Positions 1 to 10,602 are shown, counted from the first letter of the stretch. The stretch is DNA of 64,000 bases from Opitutales bacterium (GCA_965226885.1 CBDDEL010000016.1:224001-288000), one strand, 5' to 3'. The notes: generated by a model from the sequence alone, not told the origin. Translations and numbers: made by a program.

Positions 1-90
1 ATCGTCAACGGCCAGTCTTTTGACATCCTCAACCATCTCGAACGCGGCAAAGCCTATCGGGAACGCCTCCGACCGACGGTAAAGGACTGA
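1..90 (+). CDS. 3' end of upstream gene (possibly prephenate dehydrogenase), partial
   Basis: Open frame IVNGQSFDILNHLERGKAYRERLRPTVKD* ending at 90. Product guessed only from its position before aroA-cmk. Confidence 0.4.
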   Translation: MVNGQSFDILNHLERGKAYRERLRPTVKD

Positions 91-188
91 ACCCGATCCC
101 CTGTAAAAATGACTAGGGTTCATCAAGACCATTTGGCTCAATTGAAGTGTTTACCGCGCTTGGGTGAATGCGGTAATCTGACCATATA

Positions 189-1526
189 TTGATTGATCCA
201 TATTCCATAAAACCCTTCACCAGCCCTCCCCGTGGCATGGTCGAGCTGCCCGGTTCCAAAAGCATCACCAACCGGGCGCTCCTATTGGCCGCCCTGTGTT
301 CCGACCGGATTACCCTGGAAAACGCACTCTTCAGCAGGGATACCCAATTAATGATAAAGGCGCTTATGTCGCTGGGTTTCGCTCTGGCAGCAGACGATGA
401 AACAGGGACGATTACAGTGCGGGGACAGGGAGGCGATATTCCCACCGCCAAAGCCTCTGTCGATGTCGGCAACGCCGGGACCGCGGCCCGATTCCTGACC
501 GCCTTTCTCTGCCTCAAAATAGGCGGTCGTTATCGCCTCGATGGCGATCCGGCCATGCGCCAGCGCCCCATGAGCGGGCTTCTCGACTCCCTCAGGCAGC
601 AGGGAGCGGAAATCGCCTTTGAGGGCTGTTCGGGGCATTTCCCTTTTACTCTTTCCACCAATGGCTTAGGTGGCGGAGTTTTTGAAGTCGATGCCGCCGC
701 CAGCAGTCAGATCTTGTCGGCCCTGCTCATGACGGCGCCTTTGGCCGTGAAAAACACACGTCTTCAATTAACCGGGGACACGGTCTCACGACCCTTCATT
801 GAAATGACGGTCCGGATGATGCGCCAATTCGGTTATCAAATTTCATCGGATGGCAATCGTTTTGACATCGGCGCTGACCAGTCCCCGGTTTTACCGGATT
901 TAAATTATGTCATTGAGCCGGATGCCACCGCGGCCAGTTATTTTTTGGCTCTTCCCCTCGCCACAGGAGGCCGGGTGATTCTAAAAAATTTGGGCAAAGA
1001 CAAATTCCTGCAGGGAGATATCGCATTTAAAGATGTCATTTCCCGGGCCGGACTGTCGGTCCTTGCAGAGTCCGGCAACCTGGTTGCGGAGCGCCGGCAA
1101 GCATCTCCCAAACTAGGGTTGCGGGCCGATTTCAATGCCATCTCGGACACTTTTTTGACTCTGGCCGCCCTGTCGCCTTTATTGGAAGGGAAAACACGCA
1201 TAACCGGCATCGGCCATACCAGGCTCCAGGAGACGGACCGCATTTCCGCCATGGCCAGGGAATTGAAAAAACTCGGGCAAGAGGTGGTGGAGGAAAAGGA
1301 CAGCCTTGAAATCGAGCCCAATCGGACTGCTCTGCTCGAAACTGCCCGGCAAGGGGTCCGCATCGAGACATATGATGACCACCGCATCGCCATGAGCTTC
1401 AGTATTCTCGGATGCGCCGATATATTGGAGAATGGGCAAAACTGGTTAAAAATCGGTAATCCTTCTTGCGTAGAGAAGACTTTTCCCCAATTTTTCAAAC
1501 ATCTGGAGGGGCTTCGAGCACCCTAA
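189..1526 (+). CDS. aroA: 3-phosphoshikimate 1-carboxyvinyltransferase (EPSP synthase)
   Basis: LPGSKSITNRALL, GNAGTAARFL, ETDRI and DDHRIAMSF motifs. Confidence 0.97.
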   Translation: MIDPYSIKPFTSPPRGMVELPGSKSITNRALLLAALCSDRITLENALFSRDTQLMIKALMSLGFALAADDETGTITVRGQGGDIPTAKASVDVGNAGTAARFLTAFLCLKIGGRYRLDGDPAMRQRPMSGLLDSLRQQGAEIAFEGCSGHFPFTLSTNGLGGGVFEVDAAASSQILSALLMTAPLAVKNTRLQLTGDTVSRPFIEMTVRMMRQFGYQISSDGNRFDIGADQSPVLPDLNYVIEPDATAASYFLALPLATGGRVILKNLGKDKFLQGDIAFKDVISRAGLSVLAESGNLVAERRQASPKLGLRADFNAISDTFLTLAALSPLLEGKTRITGIGHTRLQETDRISAMARELKKLGQEVVEEKDSLEIEPNRTALLETARQGVRIETYDDHRIAMSFSILGCADILENGQNWLKIGNPSCVEKTFPQFFKHLEGLRAP

Positions 1527-1540
1527 AGCATTTTTGCAGC

Positions 1541-2212
1541 ATGAGTTCGGGAAAATTTTTAACCATCGCGGTGGATGGGGGAGCCGCCACGGGTAAGTCC
1601 ACCACCTCCCGCGCCGTGGCGGAGCGATTCAACCTCCTCCATGTCGATAGCGGAATCCATTACAGGGCCCTCACCTTGCTCTTCCTCAATCTAAGCAGCA
1701 ATTCCGGCGGCAATGACTCCATTACCGACTTCCTCTATAAAATCAAGTTCGGCACCACCCTGTCGGGACGTTCCGCATTGATAAAAGTCAACGGCGATGT
1801 CCCCAGCGATAAGGCGCTGCGCGGCCCCGATGTCAACGCCATGGTCTCCCACCTTGCAGCCATGCCCAAGTTGAGGCAATTGCTCAAAGCCTACCAGCGT
1901 ACTTTGCCCGATTTCGCCCGGGAGCACGATTTCGAAGGGATGATCATGGAGGGCCGCGATATTGGAACGGTCATTTTTCCCCAGGCCGATTTTAAATTTT
2001 TTCTCCAGGCGGACGAGAAAACGAGGGCAAAAAGAAGAGCCGACGAGGGCATCCAGGACTCCATCGCTAAACGCGACAAAATTGATTCGAGCCGAAAAGT
2101 TGCTCCCCTTGCCTGCGCCCAGGACGCCGAAACCATAGACAACTCCAGCCTCACCGCCGACCAGGTGGTGGACAAAATTTGCGCCATCGTCGAAAATAGA
2201 GCCAGCCCGTAA
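1541..2212 (+). CDS. cmk: cytidylate kinase
   Basis: IAVDGGAATGKST P-loop, MEGRDIGTVIFPQA, RDKIDSSR; follows aroA. Confidence 0.95.
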   Translation: MSSGKFLTIAVDGGAATGKSTTSRAVAERFNLLHVDSGIHYRALTLLFLNLSSNSGGNDSITDFLYKIKFGTTLSGRSALIKVNGDVPSDKALRGPDVNAMVSHLAAMPKLRQLLKAYQRTLPDFAREHDFEGMIMEGRDIGTVIFPQADFKFFLQADEKTRAKRRADEGIQDSIAKRDKIDSSRKVAPLACAQDAETIDNSSLTADQVVDKICAIVENRASP

Positions 2213-2268
2213 TTCGCCCTTCCAGTTAGCTCTTGACTTCGCCTCTCCCGCTTAAAACCTTCTCCCTT

Positions 2269-2871
2269 ATGCAATTGGTGTGCCTTGACCTGGAGGGCGT
2301 TCTCCTGCCAGAGATCTGGATTGCGGTGGCCCGCAAGACGGGTTTGCCGGAACTGGAACGCACCACGCGGGATGAGCCCGATTACGACAAATTGATGCGT
2401 TACCGCCTCGATATCTTGAAACGGGAAGGCATCGGCATCCGGGAAATCCATGAAGTAATCGGAACCATGCAACCACTCCCCGGCGCAATCGAGTTCACCG
2501 CGTGGCTGGAATCCCGCGTCCCGCTGGTTATATTGTCGGACACCTTTGCCCAATTTCCGCAACCCCTCATGGCGCATCTCGGGCACCCCACCCTTTTTTG
2601 TCATGAATTGATAGTGGGAACCAACGGCACGATTGACGGCTACAAATTACGGCTCAAGGACCACAAAAGAAAAACGGTCAAAGCATTTAAAGACCTCAAT
2701 TTCGAAATCATCGCAGCCGGGGACTCCTACAACGACCTAACCATGCTACAAGAAGCCGACCACGGCATCCTCTTCCGCCCCCCCGAAAAAATGAAAACCG
2801 AATACCCCAATTTCCCCGTCGCCGAGGACCACGCGGCCCTGCGGGAGCAAATCGAACGCAGACTATCCTGA
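2269..2871 (+). CDS. thrH: phosphoserine phosphatase / phosphoserine:homoserine phosphotransferase (HAD)
   Basis: CLDLEGVLLPEIW, TTRDEPDYDKLM, AAGDSYND. Confidence 0.93.
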   Translation: MQLVCLDLEGVLLPEIWIAVARKTGLPELERTTRDEPDYDKLMRYRLDILKREGIGIREIHEVIGTMQPLPGAIEFTAWLESRVPLVILSDTFAQFPQPLMAHLGHPTLFCHELIVGTNGTIDGYKLRLKDHKRKTVKAFKDLNFEIIAAGDSYNDLTMLQEADHGILFRPPEKMKTEYPNFPVAEDHAALREQIERRLS

Positions 2872-3071
2872 GAAGCGGGGAACCATTCTGAAATTCTGGC
2901 TCTTCCAGGTCTTGGGCGAGGGTTTTCTTTACCGCGTCGTCAATCCGGTAAGGCAATAAAAAGGTTTTGGCTTGGCCTTGGGTAAAAACCGAAGTCTCAC
3001 CAGCAAATTCACTCCTCCACAGCCGGAGAGGCTGGTCGGGTCGTTGTTGTTTTTATTTGCATATTGGGTTA

Positions 3072-4640
3072 GCCCGGATATTTCGTAAAAAAAGTATCGT
3101 TGATATGCTTAACTGCTGATATACAGCAGGATAGATCAATAATTAAAGCAATATCAGCGATGACAAAAGGTAAACAATTAAAGCTACAGTTGACAAGGGT
3201 AAAAGGCCGCCGTGTGCGGGTTGATTTCAAGGGCGGAGAGGTTACTTCGGATGCCGGACTGCTTTTGATCCGGGAAGTGGATCGGCAGTTGGGCTTGACC
3301 GAACGAGCGGCCCGACAGTTAGTGGACAAACGGCAGAAGGGCAAAGTACGCCATGAGGTATTGGGGATGCTGCGGCAGCGCGTTTACGGGCTGGTGGCGG
3401 GCTATGAGGATTTGAACGACTTTGATACCCTGCGCCACGATCCATTGTTGCAAACGGTAACGGGGCGCATTGAAACGTTGGCCAGCGCGCCGACTTTGTG
3501 TCGTTTTGAAAACGGGCAGGATCGGCGGGCAGCCTTTGCGGTAAACGAGCTGTTGGTCGAACAGTTCATGGGCTCCTTTGCCGAGGAACCCGAAGAGATC
3601 ATCCTGGACTTTGACGCCACCGACAATCCGGTGCACGGGCTCCAGGAGGGACGTTTTTTCCACGGTTATTATGATCATTACTGTTTTCTGCCGCTATATG
3701 TTTTTTGCGGTGATCAGCTGCTGGTGGCCTACCTGCGGCCGAGCAAGATCGATGCCAGCAAGCATGCCGGGGCCATCCTCAAATTGCTGGTTAAACGGAT
3801 TCGCCAAAGCTGGCCCCGTACGCGGATTATTTGGCGCGCCGACAGTGGATTTTGTCGAGACCGGATACTCTCTTGGTGCGACCGCAACGAAGTTAGTTAC
3901 ATCGTGGGGATGGCTCGCAATGCACGCTTGCAGCAAGACGCCCAGCAGTTGCAAAAGCAGGCCAAAGAATGGTTCGAACTAAGGGGTAAAAAACAACGGT
4001 TATTCCAGGACTTCGTCTATGCTGCCGATTCGTGGCGATGGCTGCGGTTGGTCATCCATAAAGCCGAACACACCGCACAGGGGTCCAACCCGCGCTTCGT
4101 GGTGACGAACCTGCCGGGCGATCCCCAGGAGCTTTACGACAAGGTATACTGTGGCCGCGGTGAAATGGAGAACCGAATCAAGGAACAGATGCAATTGTTC
4201 AGCGAGCGCACCAGCGCCCATCAATGGTGGGCCAATCAGTGGCGATTGCTCTTGTCGGCGCTGGCCTACACCTTGATGGAAGCCATGCGCCGGTTAGCCT
4301 TAAAAGGGACGAAGTGGGCGCGGGCCCAATGCCACACCCTGCGGCTCAAATTAATCAAGATCGGAGCGGTCATCGTGCGCAACACCCGAACGATTCACTT
4401 TCACCTAAGTGAGAGTTATCCTTGGGCCAGTCTTTTCAACCATGCGGCCCGCCGATTGGTGCCAACCTAAAGGGTGCATTGGTGCTGCCCCCGGCACTAC
4501 CGAACCAATGGGGGAAAGGGGGCAGTGTCTCTACACCCTGAAAAACACCTAAAAATCAAGACGATCTGCTCAAAATACAAAGAAATCCATCTCCAATAGC
4601 AATAACGAGCCAAACTTTACCCTTCATGAAATATCCGGGC
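3072..4640 (+). mobile_element. IS1380-family insertion sequence
   Basis: Inverted repeats GCCCGGATATTTC (3072-3084 / 4628-4640), each flanked by TA. Confidence 0.92.
3160..4470 (+). CDS. IS1380-family transposase
   Basis: FKGGEVTSDAGLLL, LDFDATD, RADSGF, YCGRGEMENRIKE. Confidence 0.95.
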   Translation: MTKGKQLKLQLTRVKGRRVRVDFKGGEVTSDAGLLLIREVDRQLGLTERAARQLVDKRQKGKVRHEVLGMLRQRVYGLVAGYEDLNDFDTLRHDPLLQTVTGRIETLASAPTLCRFENGQDRRAAFAVNELLVEQFMGSFAEEPEEIILDFDATDNPVHGLQEGRFFHGYYDHYCFLPLYVFCGDQLLVAYLRPSKIDASKHAGAILKLLVKRIRQSWPRTRIIWRADSGFCRDRILSWCDRNEVSYIVGMARNARLQQDAQQLQKQAKEWFELRGKKQRLFQDFVYAADSWRWLRLVIHKAEHTAQGSNPRFVVTNLPGDPQELYDKVYCGRGEMENRIKEQMQLFSERTSAHQWWANQWRLLLSALAYTLMEAMRRLALKGTKWARAQCHTLRLKLIKIGAVIVRNTRTIHFHLSESYPWASLFNHAARRLVPT

Positions 4641-6121
4641 TAGGCCGCCGCTTTGGTTTTTAGTTCGTCTTGCTGGGCCAGCATCTTGGCTACTTTCCAT
4701 AGGTTGTGCGAGAGTACCGACCAGGCTACGCTGATCGAGCGGTTGGCAAAGCCTTTGCTGCGCAACCGCCCGGCCTGCCAGCGATTCTTCAATACCCCGA
4801 TCCGCCCTTCGGTGCTGGCCCGGCGCTTTTGCAATTGTCTGAACAGTGGTTCCTCCATCCGTTTTTTCAACTGCTTCGGATCGCGTGGACAGAGCGCGTC
4901 GTAGATTCCCTCCTGGGCTAACTGCCGGCGGGCCCGCTGGGAGGCAAATCCCCGGTCCGCGCACATGGCCGCTATGGGTTCTTCCAGGTTGAAGCGGTTC
5001 TGTCTTTGCAAACTCTCTTGCATTTGTTCATTTTCGCTTGGAGTTCGGCTGCCGTAGAGTTTCCAGTCCAGCAGGTACCCTTCAACGCTTTCTCCCAAAA
5101 ACAGGGTGTTGCCGAACTCGACCTCTTGGCCCGCTTTACCTCGCACAATCACCTGCCCATCGAGTTCGTAAACACTCAAGACTTTCTCTGCGTTTTTCAC
5201 CTGGCGGCCGCCAATGATCCGCTCGTGCGCCTGTTTGATGACCACCGGGATTTGCTCGCTCATGCGCTCCATCCGGGCGAGGATCTGTTGGACCTGTTTT
5301 TCGCTGTAATCGCTTTGCTCCCAGCAGGCTTGCAATAATTCCCGGTGACTGCGGGCATGCTCCCCGATCCGTTTGAGCAGCTTTTTCATCTGCCTCAAGA
5401 TACCCTTGCGCTGCCGCGCGCTGTCCTTTCGCCGCCGGCTGTGGGTCATCTGTATGCACAGCCGATTCATCTGCCGAGCCAAGGGCTCCGGTTCGATCGG
5501 CATGCGATGGCGCAAACCGGCCTTCTCGCGGATCAGCCGGATCGCTTTGAGCAACGTGCCGGCTACATCCTTGAGTAATACCCAGTCCGTCGGCCAATGA
5601 ATGTTAGCCTCCAAACAGGTGCCGTCGATCAGGCAAATGGTGGTGTCAATCGGCTTGTCCAATCCCACCTGCCGGGCCAGAAGGGCATCGCCCACCACCT
5701 CAGTCAAGGTCCGGTGCAAGGCCCTCAACTGCTCTTCGCTGAAAAACTTCGAGGCCCGCTCCAGGGTGCTTTTGGAGATGCCCCTGATGCCATCGATCTG
5801 CCGGACACGGCAAAAGTCGGCCAACAGATCGCTGCTGCCCAGAGCCCGCGACAAATGCCGAAACGAAATCCCTCCGAGCAGACGGCCCAGCGTATCCATG
5901 CGCAGTGCCTTGATGGCAAAACTGGCCCGCTGCCGCCGGGCCTTTAGACCCATTGGCGGCCACCCCTCCAAGGCCAGCTCAATGGCCTGCGATTCCACCT
6001 CCGAGTCGATCAGCAGCCGATCGATTCGATCAATGGTGGCGCGGAAGTTATCGTAATCGAGGCACCGGTCGACCACAGTTAAAGCTGGACGCAGGAGGCA
6101 TTGGATGGCTATATTTTTCAT
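4640..6121 (-). CDS. DDE transposase (ISNCY/IS5-like)
   Basis: IDGTCLEANIHWPTD, RGKAGQEVEFG, ADRGF, RRASTEGRIGVLK, ends in KAAA. Confidence 0.88.
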   Translation of the reverse strand: MKNIAIQCLLRPALTVVDRCLDYDNFRATIDRIDRLLIDSEVESQAIELALEGWPPMGLKARRQRASFAIKALRMDTLGRLLGGISFRHLSRALGSSDLLADFCRVRQIDGIRGISKSTLERASKFFSEEQLRALHRTLTEVVGDALLARQVGLDKPIDTTICLIDGTCLEANIHWPTDWVLLKDVAGTLLKAIRLIREKAGLRHRMPIEPEPLARQMNRLCIQMTHSRRRKDSARQRKGILRQMKKLLKRIGEHARSHRELLQACWEQSDYSEKQVQQILARMERMSEQIPVVIKQAHERIIGGRQVKNAEKVLSVYELDGQVIVRGKAGQEVEFGNTLFLGESVEGYLLDWKLYGSRTPSENEQMQESLQRQNRFNLEEPIAAMCADRGFASQRARRQLAQEGIYDALCPRDPKQLKKRMEEPLFRQLQKRRASTEGRIGVLKNRWQAGRLRSKGFANRSISVAWSVLSHNLWKVAKMLAQQDELKTKAAA

Positions 6122-6261
6122 AGAAAGGGCTATATTGATTTTCGCTAACTCAATTATAGAACCCTTTTTTGGCCGGATCGAGCAAAAACTTGCTCTTTCC
6201 GGCTCTTTTTATCAACGTCATCCAGTTGACTATAAAATCTTTATATTTTTGGGACAGCCTC

Positions 6262-6880
6262 TAAATAGTGGTTACAAGTTGTCTTTTGCTGCAATTACAA
6301 AACCGACGAGTATAGATAAGAGGAGCGGAAAATTATTCCAGATAGACAACCGTGATAATGAGAGCAATCCCATCCTTCTAAAACCTCATGGGTCCCTCAA
6401 TTGGTATGCAAAAACAGTAAAGCAGGATGTGGTGCTTTCTCAACTTAGCCCTACTCACAAAATTAATTGTACCAGGCGCAAAAAATTGGACATGAAAATG
6501 CATTTCACCACCAAAAATAAGAGTGGAAGAACTAAGTGGTACACGTGGCCAATAATCGTTCCACCTATACTTGAGAAAGGTTCATTTCTCGGTAATGCGC
6601 TTGATAGCGTTTGGGACGCGGCATGGAATTCTCTAATAGAGGAGAGGCGGACCGGATAATTATCTACGGATATTCATTTCCAAAAGCCGATGTTCAAAGT
6701 CTAACATTTTTTAAACGCGCGGCGACTCAAATGAAGAATAAACCCCTATTGGTATCTATTAATCCAGACCTCACTGCTGCACAACGTGCCGCTGATATAT
6801 TTTCACCACAGGCCCAGTTAGTATGTGAGAGCGTCCGCACATATCTTTCGGATAGAATCAAAGGTGGAATGGTCATATAA
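6262..6880 (+). pseudogene. SIR2-like (SIR2_2) domain protein, 5'-truncated by IS and frameshifted
   Basis: LLKPHGSLNW, IIVPP and IIIYGYSFPKAD motifs in two frames. Removing one AGAGG copy (6638-6647) joins them. AT-rich. Confidence 0.75.
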
Positions 6881-7072
6881 CAAAGAAAATTCAATAGAGG
6901 CCATGTCGGTCTTTTGATGTTTTGGAGCTTTAATGCAACTTACTTACGCGAACGGGACAGCCATCGGCCTTTGATTTATTAATGCGATCAATCCATATGC
7001 AAAAACACCGACCATTGATCGGTCTCTCTGGTTGTGGAGGTGAGATTTCAGTTTCTTTTTGGAAATTAGCTG

Positions 7073-7092
7073 GAGGCTGTCCCAAAAGGGTG
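7073..7092 (+). mobile_element. orphan IS terminus
   Basis: GAGGCTGTCCCAAAA (7073-7087) is the exact reverse complement of 6247-6261; cut off by the IS3 at 7093. Confidence 0.65.
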
Positions 7093-7155
7093 TGACGTGT
7101 ACTGGATTTGTTGGACACGGGATTCTCTTATATTCATTGTTTATTGATTAGTGTG

Positions 7156-8073
7156 TCAGGCGGCTTGTTTTGGTAAAGGGTTTTGTTTTCTCGTTGCCCC
7201 CCATGGGGGGCAAATATTTTCCTCGAATTGGACTGGGCTTTGGTAACTCAGAGAGGAATGTTTGCGATATCGGTTGTAGAAGATTTCCACGTATTCGAAG
7301 ACAGTTGATCGCAGTTCGCGCTCGTCGGCAAAGTGGCGGCCTCGAATCGTGCTGGTCTTGAAGCGGCCGTAGAACGATTCCATGGCCGCGTTGTCGTAGC
7401 AGTTGCCTTGGGCGCTCATGCTCGGCTTCATGCCTAGTTCAGAGACCAGCCTCTGATAGTCGTCGCTGGCGTAGGGGCTGCCCCGATCGCTGTGATGAAT
7501 AATCCCGGTGCGCAGTGTGCCGCGGGTCATGGCCGCGGCTTTGAGGGCCTTGCCAACCAGCTTCGCGTCGTTGTGGTTGGAAACGCTCCAGCCCAGCAGG
7601 CGTCGGCTGAACAGGTCCATCACCGTGGCCAAGTACATCCAACCGGCCAGGGTCCGTAGGTAGGTCGTGTCCGCCACCCAGACCTCGTCGATATGGGTCG
7701 GCTGGCCATGCTTTTTAAGCACATTGGGGCTGTAACCATAGGGATGGTTACTGTTGGTTTTTAATGGCTTAAAGCGTTTACTCTGGGTGCTTTTGATTCC
7801 CATTTCACGCATCAGACGCAGAGCCCGGTCACGGCCGCAATCGATGCCCTCATCATCCTTCAGATGGCGGTGCATTGGCCGATGCCCATAGCGGCCCTTG
7901 GCCTCTTTGTGTACCTTCAGGATCGCCCCCTTGATTCCCTCGTCCTCGATCCGCCGGGCCGAGGGCGCTCGGGGCCTCCAGCAGTAATAGCCACTGCGAC
8001 AAATCCCCATCGCCGAGCATATTTCCTCGATCTTGAAGCGCCCCTCGTTGTCTTTGACAAACTGGTACTTCAT
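7156..8073 (-). CDS. IS3 OrfB (DDE integrase)
   Basis: WVADTTY, HHSDRGSPY, GNCYDNAAMESF; ATG overlaps the orfA stop. Confidence 0.93.
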   Translation of the reverse strand: MKYQFVKDNEGRFKIEEICSAMGICRSGYYCWRPRAPSARRIEDEGIKGAILKVHKEAKGRYGHRPMHRHLKDDEGIDCGRDRALRLMREMGIKSTQSKRFKPLKTNSNHPYGYSPNVLKKHGQPTHIDEVWVADTTYLRTLAGWMYLATVMDLFSRRLLGWSVSNHNDAKLVGKALKAAAMTRGTLRTGIIHHSDRGSPYASDDYQRLVSELGMKPSMSAQGNCYDNAAMESFYGRFKTSTIRGRHFADERELRSTVFEYVEIFYNRYRKHSSLSYQSPVQFEENICPPWGATRKQNPLPKQAA

Positions 8074-8381
8074 TGTTCGTCCTTGGCAAAGTAGCCCACC
8101 GTTTTTTTTAGTATCTGGTTGATCCGCTCCGAGCGGCGCAGCTCTTTGCGAAGACGATCTATCTCGGCCGCCATCTCCTTCGGACTGCTCTGTCGCTTTG
8201 AGGTGGCTTCGCCCTGCTGATCGTCCAGATAGAGCCTCTTCCACCTATACAATTGGTTGGTGTTGACCCCAAGTTTGGTCGATACCTCGGTGGCGCTCAG
8301 ACCATCGAGTATCATCAGTTGAACTGCCTCATTTTTGAACTCTATACTAAAGCGTCTTCTTCCCATGCTTCGATTCTCCAT
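8070..8381 (-). CDS. IS3 OrfA (HTH)
   Basis: RRFSIEFKNEAV...QLYRWK...ILKK; slippery A8C run at ~8101-8109. Confidence 0.92.
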   Translation of the reverse strand: MENRSMGRRRFSIEFKNEAVQLMILDGLSATEVSTKLGVNTNQLYRWKRLYLDDQQGEATSKRQSSPKEMAAEIDRLRKELRRSERINQILKKTVGYFAKDEQ

Positions 8382-8420
8382 TTAGGAGAATCTCGTGTCC
8401 ACTTTTTCCAGTGCACATCA

Positions 8421-9093
8421 TTTTGTTGGCTCGCAGCGCAGTGATCTTCACGGAATCTTTCAAACTATCAGAGCCATATTCCTTCATTTCCTTGTTCTGC
8501 CGTCGAATCAATCTGTTCGTTCCTTTCAGTAGATACTCCAAAGATGACTCACGAAGCTCGAAATCGTGGACGACGAGGGAATGAAGAATTAGTTCGCTAA
8601 GCAGGTGCGTTCTAGAGTCTTCGTGTCCAGACCATTGAATGCGGTAACAAAGAATCGTTATCGCCTTCAGCTCATTCAGTAGTTCTGCCCCTGTTGAAAG
8701 AAATGAGGAATAAGAATAATTTTGAAAGGTCTTTTCTATAGCTGTTTGCTGATGTTCGTAGGTGATAAAATCAAGGAGTTCTTTGATTGAGACCCAATCG
8801 GTTACATCAAGCCGTTCTCTAATCCATGACGTATAGTCAGCCGCTGGCATCAAAGAGGAAGACGAGTAAAAAGGATCTAGGAATGGATGCTCTGGGTGCG
8901 AGATTGGCTGAATAGTAGTCCACAGTGATTCAAGTGCAGGCGAACGGAACGTTGCCTTCCCTGGCTCCCGCCCAGATAATTCTACAGTAATTGTATTTTC
9001 AGGTGCAGAAATGGGTGGCGGCACTGGCACTACCGGAGGAGTTGCTTGTTCAACGCGTTTGTTTTGTCCGAAAAATCGCTTTAACCAATGCAT
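8421..9093 (-). pseudogene. hypothetical protein, 3'-truncated by IS3
   Basis: ORF from ATG 9093 (MHWLKRFFG...) runs into the IS3 end; lower GC than neighbours. Confidence 0.55.
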
Positions 9094-9172
9094 TTTCTTT
9101 GAGTCGAACGACAAGGTGAGCGTTCTGTGTTCGACCGCGATGGTTATACATGAACGGGTTAATAAAACGTGT

Positions 9173-10561
9173 TTATAGGGCCGGGAGGCTTTTTCCGATT
9201 CCGTAAACGTCGAAGCCGATTTGGCGGAGTTGGGCCAGGTCGAGCAGGTTGCGGCCGTCGAAAATGAAGGCGGGTTTTCGCATGGAGTGGTAGATTCGTT
9301 CGTAATCGAGTTTGGTAAACTCATCCCATTCCGTTAGAATGGCGATTGCGTGGGCGCCTTGGGCGGCGGCGTAGGGGTCCTCCGCAATCTCGATGGTGGC
9401 GTCTTTGTATTTGCCGTCCGCGCTGATGCTCCCATTGAGGTCCCGGAAAATTTGCTCGTTCGGAACCTGGGGATCGTAAATGGCAAGGTTGGCCTGTTCT
9501 TCCAGCATGTCGCGGCAGACGTAAATGGCGGGGGATTCGCGCGTGTCGTTGGTGTCTTTTTTAAAGGCGAACCCGAAGATGGCAATGCGTTTGCCCGAAA
9601 CCGTGTTGAATAGCTTGTTGACTATGCTTCGGGAAAACCGCGTCTTTTGATAATCGTTCATGGAAACGACTTTAAGCCAGTAGTCAGCCACATCGGGAAG
9701 CCCGAAGACCTCGCACAGGTAAACCAGATTGAGAATATCTTTCTGGAAGCAGGAACCGCCAAACCCGACTGAGGAGCGCAGGAATTTGGGACCGATCCTG
9801 GTGTCTTTACCAATGGCTCCGGCTACTTCATCGACATCCGCGCCAGTGGCCTCGCAAAGGGCCGATATGGAATTGATGGAGGAGATGCGTTGCGCCAGAA
9901 AGGCGTTGGCGACCAATTTTGACAGTTCGGAGGACCACAGGTTTGTCGTTAATATCTTTTCCCGCGGAATCCAATGGGCATAAATTGCGGCCAGGGATTC
10001 GACCGCTTTTTGCCCCGCCTCCGTATCCTCGCCGCCGATGAGCACCCGATCCGGGTTTTCCAGGTCGTGAATGCCGGTTCCCTCGGCCAGAAATTCGGGG
10101 TTGGAGAGGACTTGAAAATTAACGCCCGTGTCCGATTCGTCCAAAATGCGTTTAATGACGTCGGCAGTGCGCACCGGAACGGTCGATTTTTCGACGATGA
10201 TTTTATCGCTTTTGGCCACCTTGGCAATTTGCCGGGCGCATCGCTCCACGTATTTAAGGTCGGCCGCGCGCCCACTGCCAACCCCGTAGGTTTTCGTCGG
10301 TGTGGGCACACTGACGAAAATGATTTCAGCATTCTCAATGCCGGAATCCACATCCGTGGAATAAAAGAGATTTTTCCCCCGCACCTGCCGAACGATCTCG
10401 CTCAATCCCGGCTCGAATACGGGAAGGTTGTCGGAGTTCCAGGCGGCAATCCGATCGGCGTCGATATCGACTGCCGTTACCGTGATGTGAGGGCATTTGT
10501 GAGCGATTACGGCCATCGTCGGCCCACCGACATAACCAGCTCCTATACAGCAAATATTCAT
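9173..10561 (-). CDS. ugd: UDP-glucose 6-dehydrogenase
   Basis: [40 protein letters not shown]. Confidence 0.97.
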   Translation of the reverse strand: MNICCIGAGYVGGPTMAVIAHKCPHITVTAVDIDADRIAAWNSDNLPVFEPGLSEIVRQVRGKNLFYSTDVDSGIENAEIIFVSVPTPTKTYGVGSGRAADLKYVERCARQIAKVAKSDKIIVEKSTVPVRTADVIKRILDESDTGVNFQVLSNPEFLAEGTGIHDLENPDRVLIGGEDTEAGQKAVESLAAIYAHWIPREKILTTNLWSSELSKLVANAFLAQRISSINSISALCEATGADVDEVAGAIGKDTRIGPKFLRSSVGFGGSCFQKDILNLVYLCEVFGLPDVADYWLKVVSMNDYQKTRFSRSIVNKLFNTVSGKRIAIFGFAFKKDTNDTRESPAIYVCRDMLEEQANLAIYDPQVPNEQIFRDLNGSISADGKYKDATIEIAEDPYAAAQGAHAIAILTEWDEFTKLDYERIYHSMRKPAFIFDGRNLLDLAQLRQIGFDVYGIGKSLPAL

Positions 10562-10602
10562 TTTAATTTTTAAAGGGATAAGATGGAAATTATTCTCAGT
10601 TT

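Larger units (their letters stand above)
2859..6261 (-). mobile_element. IS element (ISNCY/IS5-like DDE) carrying a nested IS1380
   Basis: Left end GAGGCTGTCCCAAAAA read on the minus strand from 6261. Putative degenerate right end CAGACTATCCTGAGAA at 2859-2874 (10/16 match). Transposase at 4640-6121. Confidence 0.6.
7093..8420 (-). mobile_element. IS3-family insertion sequence
   Basis: About 35-bp imperfect IRs TGACGTGTACTGG...GGACACGGGATTCTC / TGATGTGCACTGG...GGACACGAGATTCTC; no target duplication seen. Confidence 0.92.

Noticed and set aside
6105..6261. N-terminus of the ORF-track 184-aa protein
   Set aside because: It is read-through from the IS end and not part of the SIR2-like gene.
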